From Thermodesulfatator sp. (lineage in GTDB: Bacteria; Desulfobacterota; Thermodesulfobacteria; Thermodesulfobacteriales; Thermodesulfobacteriaceae): DNA of 37,670 nt. The stretch's first letter is position 1. Each line of letters begins with the position of its first letter. The notes under the pieces were generated by a model. It worked only from the letters and a program-made list of their open reading frames with translations. It was not told the origin of the DNA and made no database searches. Positions 8,791-17,417 of this stretch are shown here, piece after piece. The DNA lies in assembly GCA_003978075.1 (NCBI GenBank), contig QOAM01000056.1, positions 1 to 37,670 on the forward strand, given 5' to 3'. Both the position numbers and the translations under genes were made by a program.

Positions 8791-9666
8791 TTACTCCAGA
8801 TTTTGCACCTGTTCGCGCATTTTCTCAATGGTACTTTTGACTTCCACCGCCAGGTGCGAGATTTCGGCTGAAGCCGCCTTATTGGCCAGGGTGTTAATTT
8901 CCCGAAACATCTCCTGACAAAGGAAATCCAGTTTACGTCCGCACGGTCCTTCGCCTTCCAAAAGCCTTCGGAAGTGGCGTATATGGGCCTGGAGACGGTG
9001 GAGCTCCTCGGTAAAGTCCAGACGATCGGCAAGGATAGCCGCCTCTTGATGGAGTCTTACCGGGTCCAGCTGGTGATCCGCGAGGAGCTGACGGATTCTT
9101 TCCTCAAGTCGCTGGCGGGCTTCCACGAGGTGGGGCCCCTGAAGGGCGGCAATGCGCTCCAGCCAGCGGGCAAGTTCTTCGAGAAGCCCCTCCAGGGCCT
9201 TTTTCAGGAAGGTCCCTTCCCGGGTGCGCATTTCTTCCACTTCCTGCAGGGCCTTTTCTAGGGCCGGCCTGAATTCCGCCCACAGGGTTTCCAGCGGGGG
9301 CTCCTCTTCACTTACCCCGAAGATCTCCCGGAGTCGCAGGAGATCCCCCACCTGGATCTCCCCCGAAAGTCCGTATTCCGCCCGCAAATTTCGTAAAAGG
9401 GTCAGGTACTGGAAAAGAAGTTCGCGGTCGGCAAAGACCCGGGCCGTGGCCGGAGGTACCCCCCAAAGCCGGGCCTGGATCTCAAAGCGTCCCCGGTGAA
9501 AGCGCTCCCGCAGGACCCGCCGGATGTGCTCCTCCAAAAGATGATAGCGCCGGGGGAGCCGAAGAATGACCTCCATGAAACGGTGGTTGAGACTCTTGAC
9601 CTCCACCTGAAGGACGAAGCCCTCCCCCTCTCGTTCTCCCCGTCCGAAACCGGTCATGCTCTGCAT
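8791..9666 (-). CDS. yicC: YicC/YloC-family endoribonuclease
   Basis: MQSMTGFGR, KSLNHRF, EELHRL, GRKLDFLCQEMFREINT, KMREQVQNLE. Confidence 0.93.
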   Translation of the reverse strand: MQSMTGFGRGEREGEGFVLQVEVKSLNHRFMEVILRLPRRYHLLEEHIRRVLRERFHRGRFEIQARLWGVPPATARVFADRELLFQYLTLLRNLRAEYGLSGEIQVGDLLRLREIFGVSEEEPPLETLWAEFRPALEKALQEVEEMRTREGTFLKKALEGLLEELARWLERIAALQGPHLVEARQRLEERIRQLLADHQLDPVRLHQEAAILADRLDFTEELHRLQAHIRHFRRLLEGEGPCGRKLDFLCQEMFREINTLANKAASAEISHLAVEVKSTIEKMREQVQNLE

Positions 9667-9724
9667 GGTGGACCTCCCCTAGCCGGCCTTCTTTTTACCC
9701 CTAGATCGTGTTAAATAAAAGGGC

Positions 9725-10288
9725 ATGCGTTATTTGCGAAACCTTCGGCCGGATCCCACTCGTCTCATTCAAGAGAAGCTTTCTGTAGCGGAGGAACTCT
9801 ATGCCTTGTGGGGGGAGAGTTTTCTTTCCGATCCTGAACTACCCCCTCTCTTAGAGGATTATCGGCAGGCAGTGGAGGCCTCTAACCAAGTCATGGAGGA
9901 GGCCGGCACCTTCCGCGAATGCTATATATGTAGCGTACAAGACGGGCAGGGATGCTGTAAGATCGGCCTGGAGAACGAGTGTACGGTCCTGATCCTTCTT
10001 CTTAATCTCTTGCTGGGGGTAAAGCTCCCGCAGGAAAGAGAAGTCCCGGGGCGGTGCTTCTTTGTGGGGCCAACGGGCTGTAAGATCCTGGCCCGACCGA
10101 TGCTCTGCCGGGACTATTTCTGCCGCCGTCATTACCAGAAAATTCCGGAGGCGCAGATGATTCGGGTAACCCAAGTCCTGAACGAAGAGCTCACCCTTCT
10201 TTACCGGATTACGAGCCTCCTTCGGGCCCGCCTGGAATTCTGGACCGGGGACTTTCTCCAAGAGCTAGACCTCACCGGTTACACCTAA
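9725..10288 (+). CDS. Cys-cluster protein, YkgJ (CxxCxxCC)-like
   Basis: CYIC...GCC...CFFVGPTGC..ARPMLCRDYFC; 9 Cys in total. Confidence 0.65.
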   Translation: MRYLRNLRPDPTRLIQEKLSVAEELYALWGESFLSDPELPPLLEDYRQAVEASNQVMEEAGTFRECYICSVQDGQGCCKIGLENECTVLILLLNLLLGVKLPQEREVPGRCFFVGPTGCKILARPMLCRDYFCRRHYQKIPEAQMIRVTQVLNEELTLLYRITSLLRARLEFWTGDFLQELDLTGYT

Positions 10289-10307
10289 TTTTGGAAAGGA
10301 GGGCCTT

Positions 10308-10928
10308 ATGCGCTGGTTTTTTGGGATAGTGTTTTCTTTGATCCTTCTTTCGGCTTGTGCCAAGAAGGAGATCCCGCCCGGCCCGGTCTCTCCGGCGCCG
10401 GTCTCCCCGGCGGAAGAAAATGTCCGTCCTCCTGCAGGGGCCTCTCTCAAGGGTCCTCCTGGAGTAAAACCCCCGCCGGGGTTTGAAGAAGAGACCCTGG
10501 AGGCCGCGGCCCGCGAGGCAGAAAAGCTTTCCCCGGAGGAGCGCTGGCGTCTTTACGGACGCAGCACGCCCCCCCTCAAGGCCATCTTTTTTGACTTTGA
10601 CGACTACCGGGTTCGTCCGGACATGCTCCCTCGTCTCCGGGAAGACGCCCGTTTTCTCTTGCGCCACCCGGAATACCGGGTGGAACTACAAGGAAACTGT
10701 GATGAACGGGGAGATCGCGAATACAATCTAGCCCTGGGGGAAAAGCGGGCCTTGGAGGTCAAGAGGTATTTGGAAAACTTGGGGGTCTCCCCGGAAAGAC
10801 TTTCCACAGTGAGCTTTGGCGAGGAGCGCCCACTGGCCCCTGGGCATAACGAGGCGGCCTGGGCCCTCAATCGGCGCGTGGACCTGGTCATCTTGAGACC
10901 TCTGAAAAGGTCGGAGGAAAGTTATTAA
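10308..10928 (+). CDS. pal: Peptidoglycan-associated lipoprotein (OmpA-like domain)
   Basis: Lipobox LSAC, Pro-rich linker, IFFDFD, GNCDERG.REYNLALGEKRA, SFGEERP, NRRV; RBS AGGAGG. Confidence 0.92.
   Translation: MRWFFGIVFSLILLSACAKKEIPPGPVSPAPVSPAEENVRPPAGASLKGPPGVKPPPGFEEETLEAAAREAEKLSPEERWRLYGRSTPPLKAIFFDFDDYRVRPDMLPRLREDARFLLRHPEYRVELQGNCDERGDREYNLALGEKRALEVKRYLENLGVSPERLSTVSFGEERPLAPGHNEAAWALNRRVDLVILRPLKRSEESY
10383..10412 (+). repeat. 15-bp tandem duplication (PVSPA x2) in the Pal linker
   Basis: ccggtctctccggcg followed by ccggtctccccggcg. Confidence 0.6.
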
Positions 10929-10980
10929 TTGGAGGTGAAAAGGGCTTTGCCCCCAACGGAAATCTAAAGAGGAGGCTGAA

Positions 10981-11514
10981 ATGCGCAGACTAGTTCTCGG
11001 GATAATGATCCTTTGGTTGGTTCTGGGAGCCTCGGCCCCGGCTGCGGAGCTAAAGATCGCGGTCATCGATCTTCAGAAGGTGGTGCGTTCTTCCAAGGCC
11101 GGTCAAGAGGCCATGAAAAAGCTCCGGGCCCGATTCGAAAAATGGAAGGCCAAGCTGGAGGCCAAGCAAAAGGAGATTCAGGCCTTTCAGGAGGAGATGC
11201 AGAAAAAGGCCCCCCTCCTTTCGGAGGAGGCCCGGGCAGAAAAACAGAGGGAGTATCAGAAGATGGTCCGGGAGTATCGAGCCATGCAGGAGGACGCTCA
11301 GTTCGAGATGAAAGAGGCGGAAAAGAAGGCCCTGCAGCCTATCTTCAAGGATCTAGAAAAGGTCCTCAAAGAGCTGGCCCAGAAAGAAGGCTACGATCTC
11401 ATCCTCGAGAAGAATATGCCCGGGGTCTATTGGGCCTCTCCCAAGATCGATATCAGCGAACACGTGGTCCAGCTTTACAATCAATATCTGTCCAGCAAGG
11501 GTGCTAAGAAGTGA
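10981..11514 (+). CDS. skp: OmpH/Skp periplasmic chaperone
   Basis: Signal peptide, KIAVIDLQKV, a long charged coiled coil, GYDLIL and DIS; RBS GAGGAGG. Confidence 0.9.
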   Translation: MRRLVLGIMILWLVLGASAPAAELKIAVIDLQKVVRSSKAGQEAMKKLRARFEKWKAKLEAKQKEIQAFQEEMQKKAPLLSEEARAEKQREYQKMVREYRAMQEDAQFEMKEAEKKALQPIFKDLEKVLKELAQKEGYDLILEKNMPGVYWASPKIDISEHVVQLYNQYLSSKGAKK

Positions 11515-12437
11515 TCTTAGTGGCGGACATCGGAGGGACCCGGGCTCGGCTGGCCCTGGCCCCCTCCCAAGGTCCCTTCCGCCTGCGTGCTCTGAAGGTT
11601 TTTAAGAGTGCCTCTTTCCGGGGTCTTATTCCTCTCTTACAAACTTATCTTTCCGACCTTCGGGACCTCCCGCAGAGGGGTGTGCTGGCGGTGGCCGGGC
11701 CGGTGGAAGGGCCGCGAGCCCGTCTCACCAACCTGGGCTGGCAGGTGGACGCCCGAAAGTTAAAAAAGACCTTCGGCTTTCCCTTTCACCTCCTCAATGA
11801 CCTCGAGGCTGCGGCTTACGGAATATTAAAAATTCCGCGTTCCCAGATGGAAAGGATCAAGGCCGGAAGGCCCCGGGGGGCGGTGGCTGCGGTGATGGGG
11901 GTGGGGACCGGTTTGGGCGAGGCCTTTCTCTATCGGGACGGCCCTCTGGTTCTACCCGGCGAGGGAGGGCATACGGAGTATCCGGCGGACACAGAGGAGG
12001 AGTGGGGGCTCTACCGCTTCCTGCGCTCGCTTTTCGGACACGTGAGCCTAGAACGGGTGATCTCTGGCCCAGGGCTGAGCAACGTCTATCGCTACTTGGC
12101 AGGTCAAGAGGCCTCTCCGGAAGAAATCCTGGCCGCAGCCGGGAAGGGGGAAGACCTGGCCCTTTCCGCGATAAGGCTGGTGGTGCGAGCCCTGGCTCGG
12201 GAAGCCTCCTCTCTGGTGCTCAAAACTCTGGCCCTCTCCGGGGTGTATCTCTTAGGGGGGCTAGCCCAGGCCTTAAGACCCTGGCTGCTGGATGAGGAGT
12301 TCCAGAGGACCTTTCTCGCCAAGGGCAGACTGCGGGGAATCTTGGAAAAGGTTCCCATATATCTGGTTACTCATCCCTCTCCGGCCCTCTTGGGGGCGAC
12401 CCTCTATGGTCGCCTTCCTCGAGTTCGATCTTTCTAA
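11511..12437 (+). CDS. glk: Glucokinase
   Basis: ADIGGT, AVAGPV, LTNLGW, LLNDLEAAAY, GTGLG, GEGGH, ERVISGPGL. Confidence 0.92.
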   Translation: MILVADIGGTRARLALAPSQGPFRLRALKVFKSASFRGLIPLLQTYLSDLRDLPQRGVLAVAGPVEGPRARLTNLGWQVDARKLKKTFGFPFHLLNDLEAAAYGILKIPRSQMERIKAGRPRGAVAAVMGVGTGLGEAFLYRDGPLVLPGEGGHTEYPADTEEEWGLYRFLRSLFGHVSLERVISGPGLSNVYRYLAGQEASPEEILAAAGKGEDLALSAIRLVVRALAREASSLVLKTLALSGVYLLGGLAQALRPWLLDEEFQRTFLAKGRLRGILEKVPIYLVTHPSPALLGATLYGRLPRVRSF

Positions 12438-12825
12438 TTCCTTCCCCTGCGTAGTGGAAACGCACCACAAATCGCGGGGTAAGATGCGGGGGAAGTTTTT
12501 CGGCCCATTCCACCACCATTACCCCTCGGAAGAGCATTTCCGAAAGCCCTAGGTCCTCCACCTCTTCCGGGGAGAGTCGGTAAAGGTCTACATGGAAAAG
12601 GGGGACCCTCCCGGGGTATTCGTTCACCAGGGTGAAGGAAGGGCTGGTCACATAGACCTCCGGGGGCACCCCCAGACCGCGGGCCAGTCCCTGGACGAAG
12701 GTGGTCTTTCCTGAGCCGAGCTCTCCGACGAGGGCCACGAGGTCTCCGGGGGAAAGTCTTCGGGCCAGAGATTCCCCCAAGGCCTGCGTTTCTTCAGGAG
12801 AACGGGTTCTATAAACTTGAGGCAT
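12367..12825 (-). CDS. tsaE: tRNA threonylcarbamoyladenosine biosynthesis ATPase
   Basis: GELGSGKTTF, VTSPSFTLVNEY, HVDLYRL, VEWAE. The ATG at 12825 is preferred as start. Confidence 0.93.
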   Translation of the reverse strand: MPQVYRTRSPEETQALGESLARRLSPGDLVALVGELGSGKTTFVQGLARGLGVPPEVYVTSPSFTLVNEYPGRVPLFHVDLYRLSPEEVEDLGLSEMLFRGVMVVEWAEKLPPHLTPRFVVRFHYAGEGIRKIELEEGDHRGSPPRGPERDE

Positions 12826-14377
12826 ATAGGGTAAGCTCTCGCAGGACACGGGGCAGGGCGTCGGCCACCTCCGAGGCCAGGAAGCCGTAGGGTCCCTGTC
12901 TTCGGGCCAGGAGATCTCCTGCGGCCCCGTGAAGGTAGACCGCTAGACAGGCGGCCTCGAAGGGTTCGTATCCCTGAGCCAGCAGAGCCCCTAAGAGGCC
13001 GGAGAGAACATCGCCGGTGCCTCCTTGGGCCAATCCGGGATTGCCGGAGGAATTGACCGCCTCGCGGCCCTCAGGAGAGGCCACCACCGTGGCCGCTCCC
13101 TTGAGGATCACCACCTGACCGCTCTTTCGGGCAGCCTCGCGGGCGGCAGCCAAACGGTCGGCCTGGATTTCTTCCTTGGGGAGGTTTAAAAGCCTCTGCA
13201 TTTCCCCGGGGTGAGGGGTGAGGACCCTGGGGGCCCGGGCCTCTTGCAGTTCCTCCAACTTCCCGGCCAGGGCGGTAAGGGCGTCGGCATCGAGCACCGT
13301 GGGCACGGGGAGCTCCCGGGCCAGAAGGCGGGCCAGGCGCATAGCGGCCTCAGAGAGGCCGAAGCCTGGACCCAATACCGCAGACCGTAGAGCTGTAGCC
13401 CGCTGGAGGATCTCCTCAGCGCAATCCGGGGAAAGCTCTGCCTGCGGGGTCTCTGGAGAGAGCCCCAGGGTCAAGACTTCCGGAAGGTAAGAGGCCAGGA
13501 GGGGCTGTAAAGAGGAGGCGCAGACCAGGGTAACTAATCCTGCGCCGGCCCTCAGGGCTCCTCGGGCGCAGAGGACCGCGGCCCCACTCTTTCCCCGCGA
13601 TCCGGCCAGGACCAGGAGATGTCCGAAGGTGCCCTTGTGGCTTTGTGGAGGGCGCGGCTTCAGCCTCCGGGCTACCCAATCCCGGGTAAGGTAAAAACGC
13701 CGCGGGGCCCTTTCCTCGATGACCCGCTGAGGCATGCCGATGTCCACCACTTGAAGCTCCCCCACATACTCTCGGCCGGGATAGATCACCTGTCCCACTT
13801 TAGGGAGGGCCATGGTGGCGGTGAGGGCGGCCCGCACCGCTGTGCCCAGGGGACGGCCCGTGTCGGCGGAGAGTCCGGAGGGCATGTCCACCGCCACCAC
13901 TGGAGCCGGGGCCTGGTTCAGGAGGGCGATGGCTCGCGCAAAACGCCCGGAGACTTCTCGGGAGAGGCCGGTTCCGAAAAGGGCGTCCACCAAGAGAGGA
14001 GCCGCAAGGATTTTCGGGGCCAGGGCCTCCAAGGAGTCTTCGTCAGGGGCGGAAAGGAGGGGAATCCCGGCGTATCGGGCTATTCGCAGGTTGATCCCAG
14101 CCTCGCCCCGATATTTTTCTTCCGGAGCCAGCAGGATCACCTCTACCGGGAGGCCCCGCTGATGGAGGTGGCGGGCCACCACTAGCCCGTCGCCTCCGTT
14201 GTTCCCCGGCCCGCAGAGGATAAGTGTCCCGTGGCGTGCTTCCTCCGGGAAGCGGGAAAGGAGGAGTTCGGTCACTCCTCGGCCGGCGTTTTCCATAAGG
14301 ACCTCCGCAGGCACCCCTACCTCTTCGATGGTAAAACGATCTAAGGCCTGCATCTCCCCGGCATAAACCAACCTCAT
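12809..14377 (-). CDS. nnr: Bifunctional NAD(P)HX epimerase/dehydratase
   Basis: LMENAG, GPGNNGGDG, DALFGTG, HKGTFG, DADAL, TPHPGEM, GGTGDVLSG. Confidence 0.95.
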   Translation of the reverse strand: MRLVYAGEMQALDRFTIEEVGVPAEVLMENAGRGVTELLLSRFPEEARHGTLILCGPGNNGGDGLVVARHLHQRGLPVEVILLAPEEKYRGEAGINLRIARYAGIPLLSAPDEDSLEALAPKILAAPLLVDALFGTGLSREVSGRFARAIALLNQAPAPVVAVDMPSGLSADTGRPLGTAVRAALTATMALPKVGQVIYPGREYVGELQVVDIGMPQRVIEERAPRRFYLTRDWVARRLKPRPPQSHKGTFGHLLVLAGSRGKSGAAVLCARGALRAGAGLVTLVCASSLQPLLASYLPEVLTLGLSPETPQAELSPDCAEEILQRATALRSAVLGPGFGLSEAAMRLARLLARELPVPTVLDADALTALAGKLEELQEARAPRVLTPHPGEMQRLLNLPKEEIQADRLAAAREAARKSGQVVILKGAATVVASPEGREAVNSSGNPGLAQGGTGDVLSGLLGALLAQGYEPFEAACLAVYLHGAAGDLLARRQGPYGFLASEVADALPRVLRELTLYASSL

Positions 14378-14400
14378 CTATTCCCTCCTAGCGAGGTTTC

Positions 14401-14778
14401 CTAAATTCTTTCCAAGATGACCACTGCAGTGGCTAGACCTGCATCGTGCGAAAGGCTTACCCAGGCCCGGGCTTTTTTCTTCCGGAGGCATTCAGCTGCC
14501 CGACCGGAGAGACGGAGCTCCGGAGCCCCGTTTTCCTTGCGCACCAGCGCTACCTCCCGTGGAGAAAACCCCAACAGCCCTGTACCCAAGGCCTTACCCA
14601 AGGCCTCCTTGGCTGCCCAGGCTCCGGCCAGGGCCTCTGCCCCTCGGGCCTTTCTTTGGGCGTAAGTTATTTCTTCATCAGCAAAAAAGCGCAGAAACCG
14701 CCCCCCATAACGTTCCCAAAGCCGGGCTACCCGGGCAACTGAAACTATATCCACCCCCACTCCCAGGAGCACTCCCAA
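14401..14778 (-). CDS. acpS: Holo-[ACP] synthase
   Basis: GVGVDIV, AGAWAAKEALGKALGTG, VSLSHD. Confidence 0.92.
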   Translation of the reverse strand: MGVLLGVGVDIVSVARVARLWERYGGRFLRFFADEEITYAQRKARGAEALAGAWAAKEALGKALGTGLLGFSPREVALVRKENGAPELRLSGRAAECLRKKKARAWVSLSHDAGLATAVVILERI

Positions 14779-15287
14779 CCCCTCCTGCGCCCAAATCCTT
14801 CTTTAATTGGAGCTTCGCCCCGAACCCCTTTTGCTCTAAGTTTACCTCATTTTTACGATCTTTTTTAAATTTTTTCTAGGGGCTTCTAACCCAAGTTTGA
14901 CAGCCAAACAAAAAATCCGCTTGTATCAACGGTTTCCAGACACCCTACCCCGCCTCAGGATCTTCCCCGGCACCCTTTGAAAAGGAGGGCCCCCGGTGCA
15001 TTGAAGTCAGTCTTCTTGGAAAGATGGATGGTTAGCGAATTCAAGAAACGGCTAATGGTAGAAAAGTAGGAGAAACTGTTGAGCCCTATCAGCTTGAGGA
15101 ACACCTTGTCCAGTACCAGGATCCTGATATGGAAGGGTCCAATGCTTTGCTATACAAGGAATAGAGCCCATTGGTGGCCCTCAAATGCAAAATCTGGGGT
15201 TAATTTTTGGGGGCTTCGGCTTTGCAAGGGAAAACGGCCGCGCCTGCCGGAAAATCACTACCTATCCCCAAGTCTCATTGAGCTCTC

Positions 15288-15315
15288 TTGACACAACTTT
15301 AGTTTTTGGTAGCAA
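15288..15315 (+). promoter_or_regulatory. Putative sigma70 promoter for the riboswitch-cbiK-cbiL transcript
   Basis: TTGACA (15288-15293), 16 bp, then TAGCAA preceded by TGn, about 8 nt upstream of riboswitch P1. Confidence 0.5.
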
Positions 15316-15322
15316 AGAACTG

Positions 15323-15616
15323 ATGGCCCCGGGTGCCCTTGTTTTTAAGGGGTTAAACGGGAAGCCGGTGAGAATCCGGCGCTGGCCCGCAACCGTGACC
15401 GGGGACGAAAGCCGCTGGGGGCTGGGGCTAAAATCCTGGTCCCTCGCCCGGGCGCTCAAGGGGCTGGGCCCTGAGGGTTCCCGGGTGGGCCTGTCGGAAC
15501 CCTTTTCCGGCAGGCGACAGGCCACTGGGTGGGCCGCGGACCCTCGGTCCGCAGGTCGCCTGGGAAGGCGCGGCGAGTAGGAGGATCCGGAAGCCGGGAG
15601 ACCGGCCTGGGGCCGT
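15323..15616 (+). ncRNA. Cobalamin (B12) riboswitch aptamer, extended form
   Basis: Conserved elements GGTGCCC...AAACGGGAAGCCGGTGAGAATCCGGCGCTGGCCCGCAACCGTG, GCCACTGGG...GGGAAGGC and B12 box AAGCCGGGAGACCGGCC; closing stem ATGGCCCCGGG/CCTGGGGCCGT; upstream of cobalamin genes. Confidence 0.95.
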
Positions 15617-15710
15617 AAAGGCGGTGGGGTGGCGAGGACTCCAACCCGACCGCAAGAGTAGCGGTCCCGCCTCGCTAGCCCCCCAAAAAATTTCAAAGGG
15701 GGTTGCTATG
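15617..15710 (+). promoter_or_regulatory. Probable translational expression platform (SD sequestration)
   Basis: AGCCCCC (15677-15683) can pair with the SD region GGGGGTT (15698-15704). Alternatively CCTCGCTAGCCCC pairs with GGGGTGGCGAGG (15626-15637). No U-tract terminator was seen. Confidence 0.6.
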
Positions 15711-16649
15711 CACAAGGTTTTTGCTCTATGTGTAGGGTTGGTCTTGCTATGTTTCTCGGGTTCGGTCCAGGCCGGAGCTATCTCCTATTTACCCTTAAAA
15801 CACCAACATCTTCAGGAAAGACCGGCCATTGTGCTCTGCGCCTTCGGGACCTCTACCCGGGCCCGGGTGACCTTCGAATATCTTTACCGGAAGATACGGG
15901 AGGCCTTTCCGGGCTACGAGATCCGCTGGGCCTTCACCTCCAATATCATCCGAGAGAAAATGAACCAGCTCTATGCCCAAAAAGGCCTTTCCCAGAGACT
16001 CTACAGTCTGCACGAGGTCTTAGCTGGTCTCTATGCCGAGGGATATCGAAAAGTGATGGTCCAACCCCTGCATGTCTTTCCCGGCCTGGAATACGAAACG
16101 GTGGTGGAGGTGGCCCAAAGATTTCCCGACCTGCGTATCGTGGTGGGGGAGCCCCTTCTTTTCCGTTGGGAATACGTGCGAGAGGTCCTCTCGGTGGTGG
16201 AAAAGGAATTTCTCCCCCCGAAGGAGGGTCTCAATATCCTGGTGGCCCACGGCACAGACGTGACCTCACAAGGGGCCAACATGACCTATCTCGGTCTGGA
16301 CTGGCTGGTGCGCCACCGCTATTCCAACGTTCTTCTAGGTACGGTGGAAGGCGTACCCGGAGGAGAAGAGGTCCTTGAAGAGGCCCAAAAGTATCCCGGG
16401 AAGCGGGTGCGCTTTATTCCCTTTATGCTCGTGGCCGGCGACCACATCATGCACGACATCATGGGCAGAAATCAGGGATCAGAGAAGAGTTGGCGGGAGG
16501 TGCTCGAGGCTGCCGGAAAGAAGGTGGACTGTGTAACCATCAAATTGAACAGAAAAATCTACTACCGAGGGCTGGGGCTTTATCCAGAGATAGCCGAATT
16601 TTTCGTGAAACAGATTCAGCGCGGGCTGGAGATCCTGAAAAACTATTAA
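15708..16649 (+). CDS. cbiK: Sirohydrochlorin cobaltochelatase with N-terminal signal peptide (CbiK-P type)
   Basis: AFGTS, WAFTSNIIR, QPLHVFPGLEY, AHGT, GTVEG, PFMLVAGDH, RGLG. The ATG at 15708 gives MHKVFALCVGLVLLCFSGSVQA. Confidence 0.9.
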   Translation: MHKVFALCVGLVLLCFSGSVQAGAISYLPLKHQHLQERPAIVLCAFGTSTRARVTFEYLYRKIREAFPGYEIRWAFTSNIIREKMNQLYAQKGLSQRLYSLHEVLAGLYAEGYRKVMVQPLHVFPGLEYETVVEVAQRFPDLRIVVGEPLLFRWEYVREVLSVVEKEFLPPKEGLNILVAHGTDVTSQGANMTYLGLDWLVRHRYSNVLLGTVEGVPGGEEVLEEAQKYPGKRVRFIPFMLVAGDHIMHDIMGRNQGSEKSWREVLEAAGKKVDCVTIKLNRKIYYRGLGLYPEIAEFFVKQIQRGLEILKNY

Positions 16650-16661
16650 GGGGGAAGAACC

Positions 16662-17366
16662 TTGCGCCTTTACGGGGTGGGGGTGGGCCCCGGAGATCCG
16701 GAGCTTCTTACGCTTAAGGCCTTAAGAGTACTGGAAAAGGCGGTCCACATCTTCGTGGCCTCCTCCAGTAAAAACGACTACTCCTTGGCCCTGCGGGTGG
16801 TGGAAGATTATCTCCCGAAGGGGGTGCCGGTGGAGAGACTCTCCTTTCCCATGACTCGGGAGCGTTCGTGCCTGGAAGGGGCCTGGAGGGAGAATGCCCG
16901 GCAAGTAGTAAAGGTCTTGGAGGAGAAGGGCTCGGCCGTCTTTCTTACCTTGGGGGACCCGGCGCTCTTTTCCACCTTTGGGCCTCTGGCGCAGGCCGTA
17001 CGGGAGATCGTCCCGGAGGTGGAAATAGAGATGGTCCCGGGGATTACCGCGGCCCAGGCCGCCGCTGCCCGCCTTAAGGTTATTCTGGCTGAAGGGGAGG
17101 GAGCCTTCCTCATCGCTAGCGGCTTGGCCACAGAAGAAACCTTGCGTAAGCTGACCCAGGAAGTCTCCTCTTTCGCCCTTTACAAGATTCATCGTCGGGC
17201 TCCGGAGATCGTCCGCCTCCTCCAAGACCTGGGATGTCTCTCCCAAACCCAGGCCATCTCCCTGTGCGGCTTTCCCGAAGAAAAGGTCTACCAGGACCCC
17301 CGGGAAATCTCTCGCTCAAGACCTCCTTACTTCACCCTTCTTTTGGTGGGAGGGAAAAAGCTTTAA
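16662..17366 (+). CDS. cbiL: Precorrin-2/cobalt-factor II C20-methyltransferase
   Basis: LYGVGVGPGDPELLTLKA, FPMTR, TLGDPALFSTF, VPGITA, PYFTLLLV. Confidence 0.9.
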   Translation: MRLYGVGVGPGDPELLTLKALRVLEKAVHIFVASSSKNDYSLALRVVEDYLPKGVPVERLSFPMTRERSCLEGAWRENARQVVKVLEEKGSAVFLTLGDPALFSTFGPLAQAVREIVPEVEIEMVPGITAAQAAAARLKVILAEGEGAFLIASGLATEETLRKLTQEVSSFALYKIHRRAPEIVRLLQDLGCLSQTQAISLCGFPEEKVYQDPREISRSRPPYFTLLLVGGKKL

Positions 17367-17374
17367 AGAGAGGC

Positions 17375-17399
17375 CCCGGAGAAGGCACCTTCGTCCGGG
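17375..17399. terminator. GC-rich hairpin between convergent cbiL and cobB
   Basis: CCCGGA-GAAG...CTTC-G-TCCGGG; only a weak U tail. Confidence 0.35.
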
Positions 17400-17417
17400 A
17401 TTCGCCCCCAGATTTCT

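Noticed and set aside
8772-9032. N-terminal extension of CorA (399-aa ORF)
   Set aside because: It overlaps yicC out of frame; the ATG at 8771 has an RBS and gives a normal CorA length.
15185-15715. ORFs 15185-15580, 15262-15696, 15428-15715 and the cbiK extension from 15624
   Set aside because: They lie across the GC-rich riboswitch, where stop codons are scarce, and show no protein motifs.
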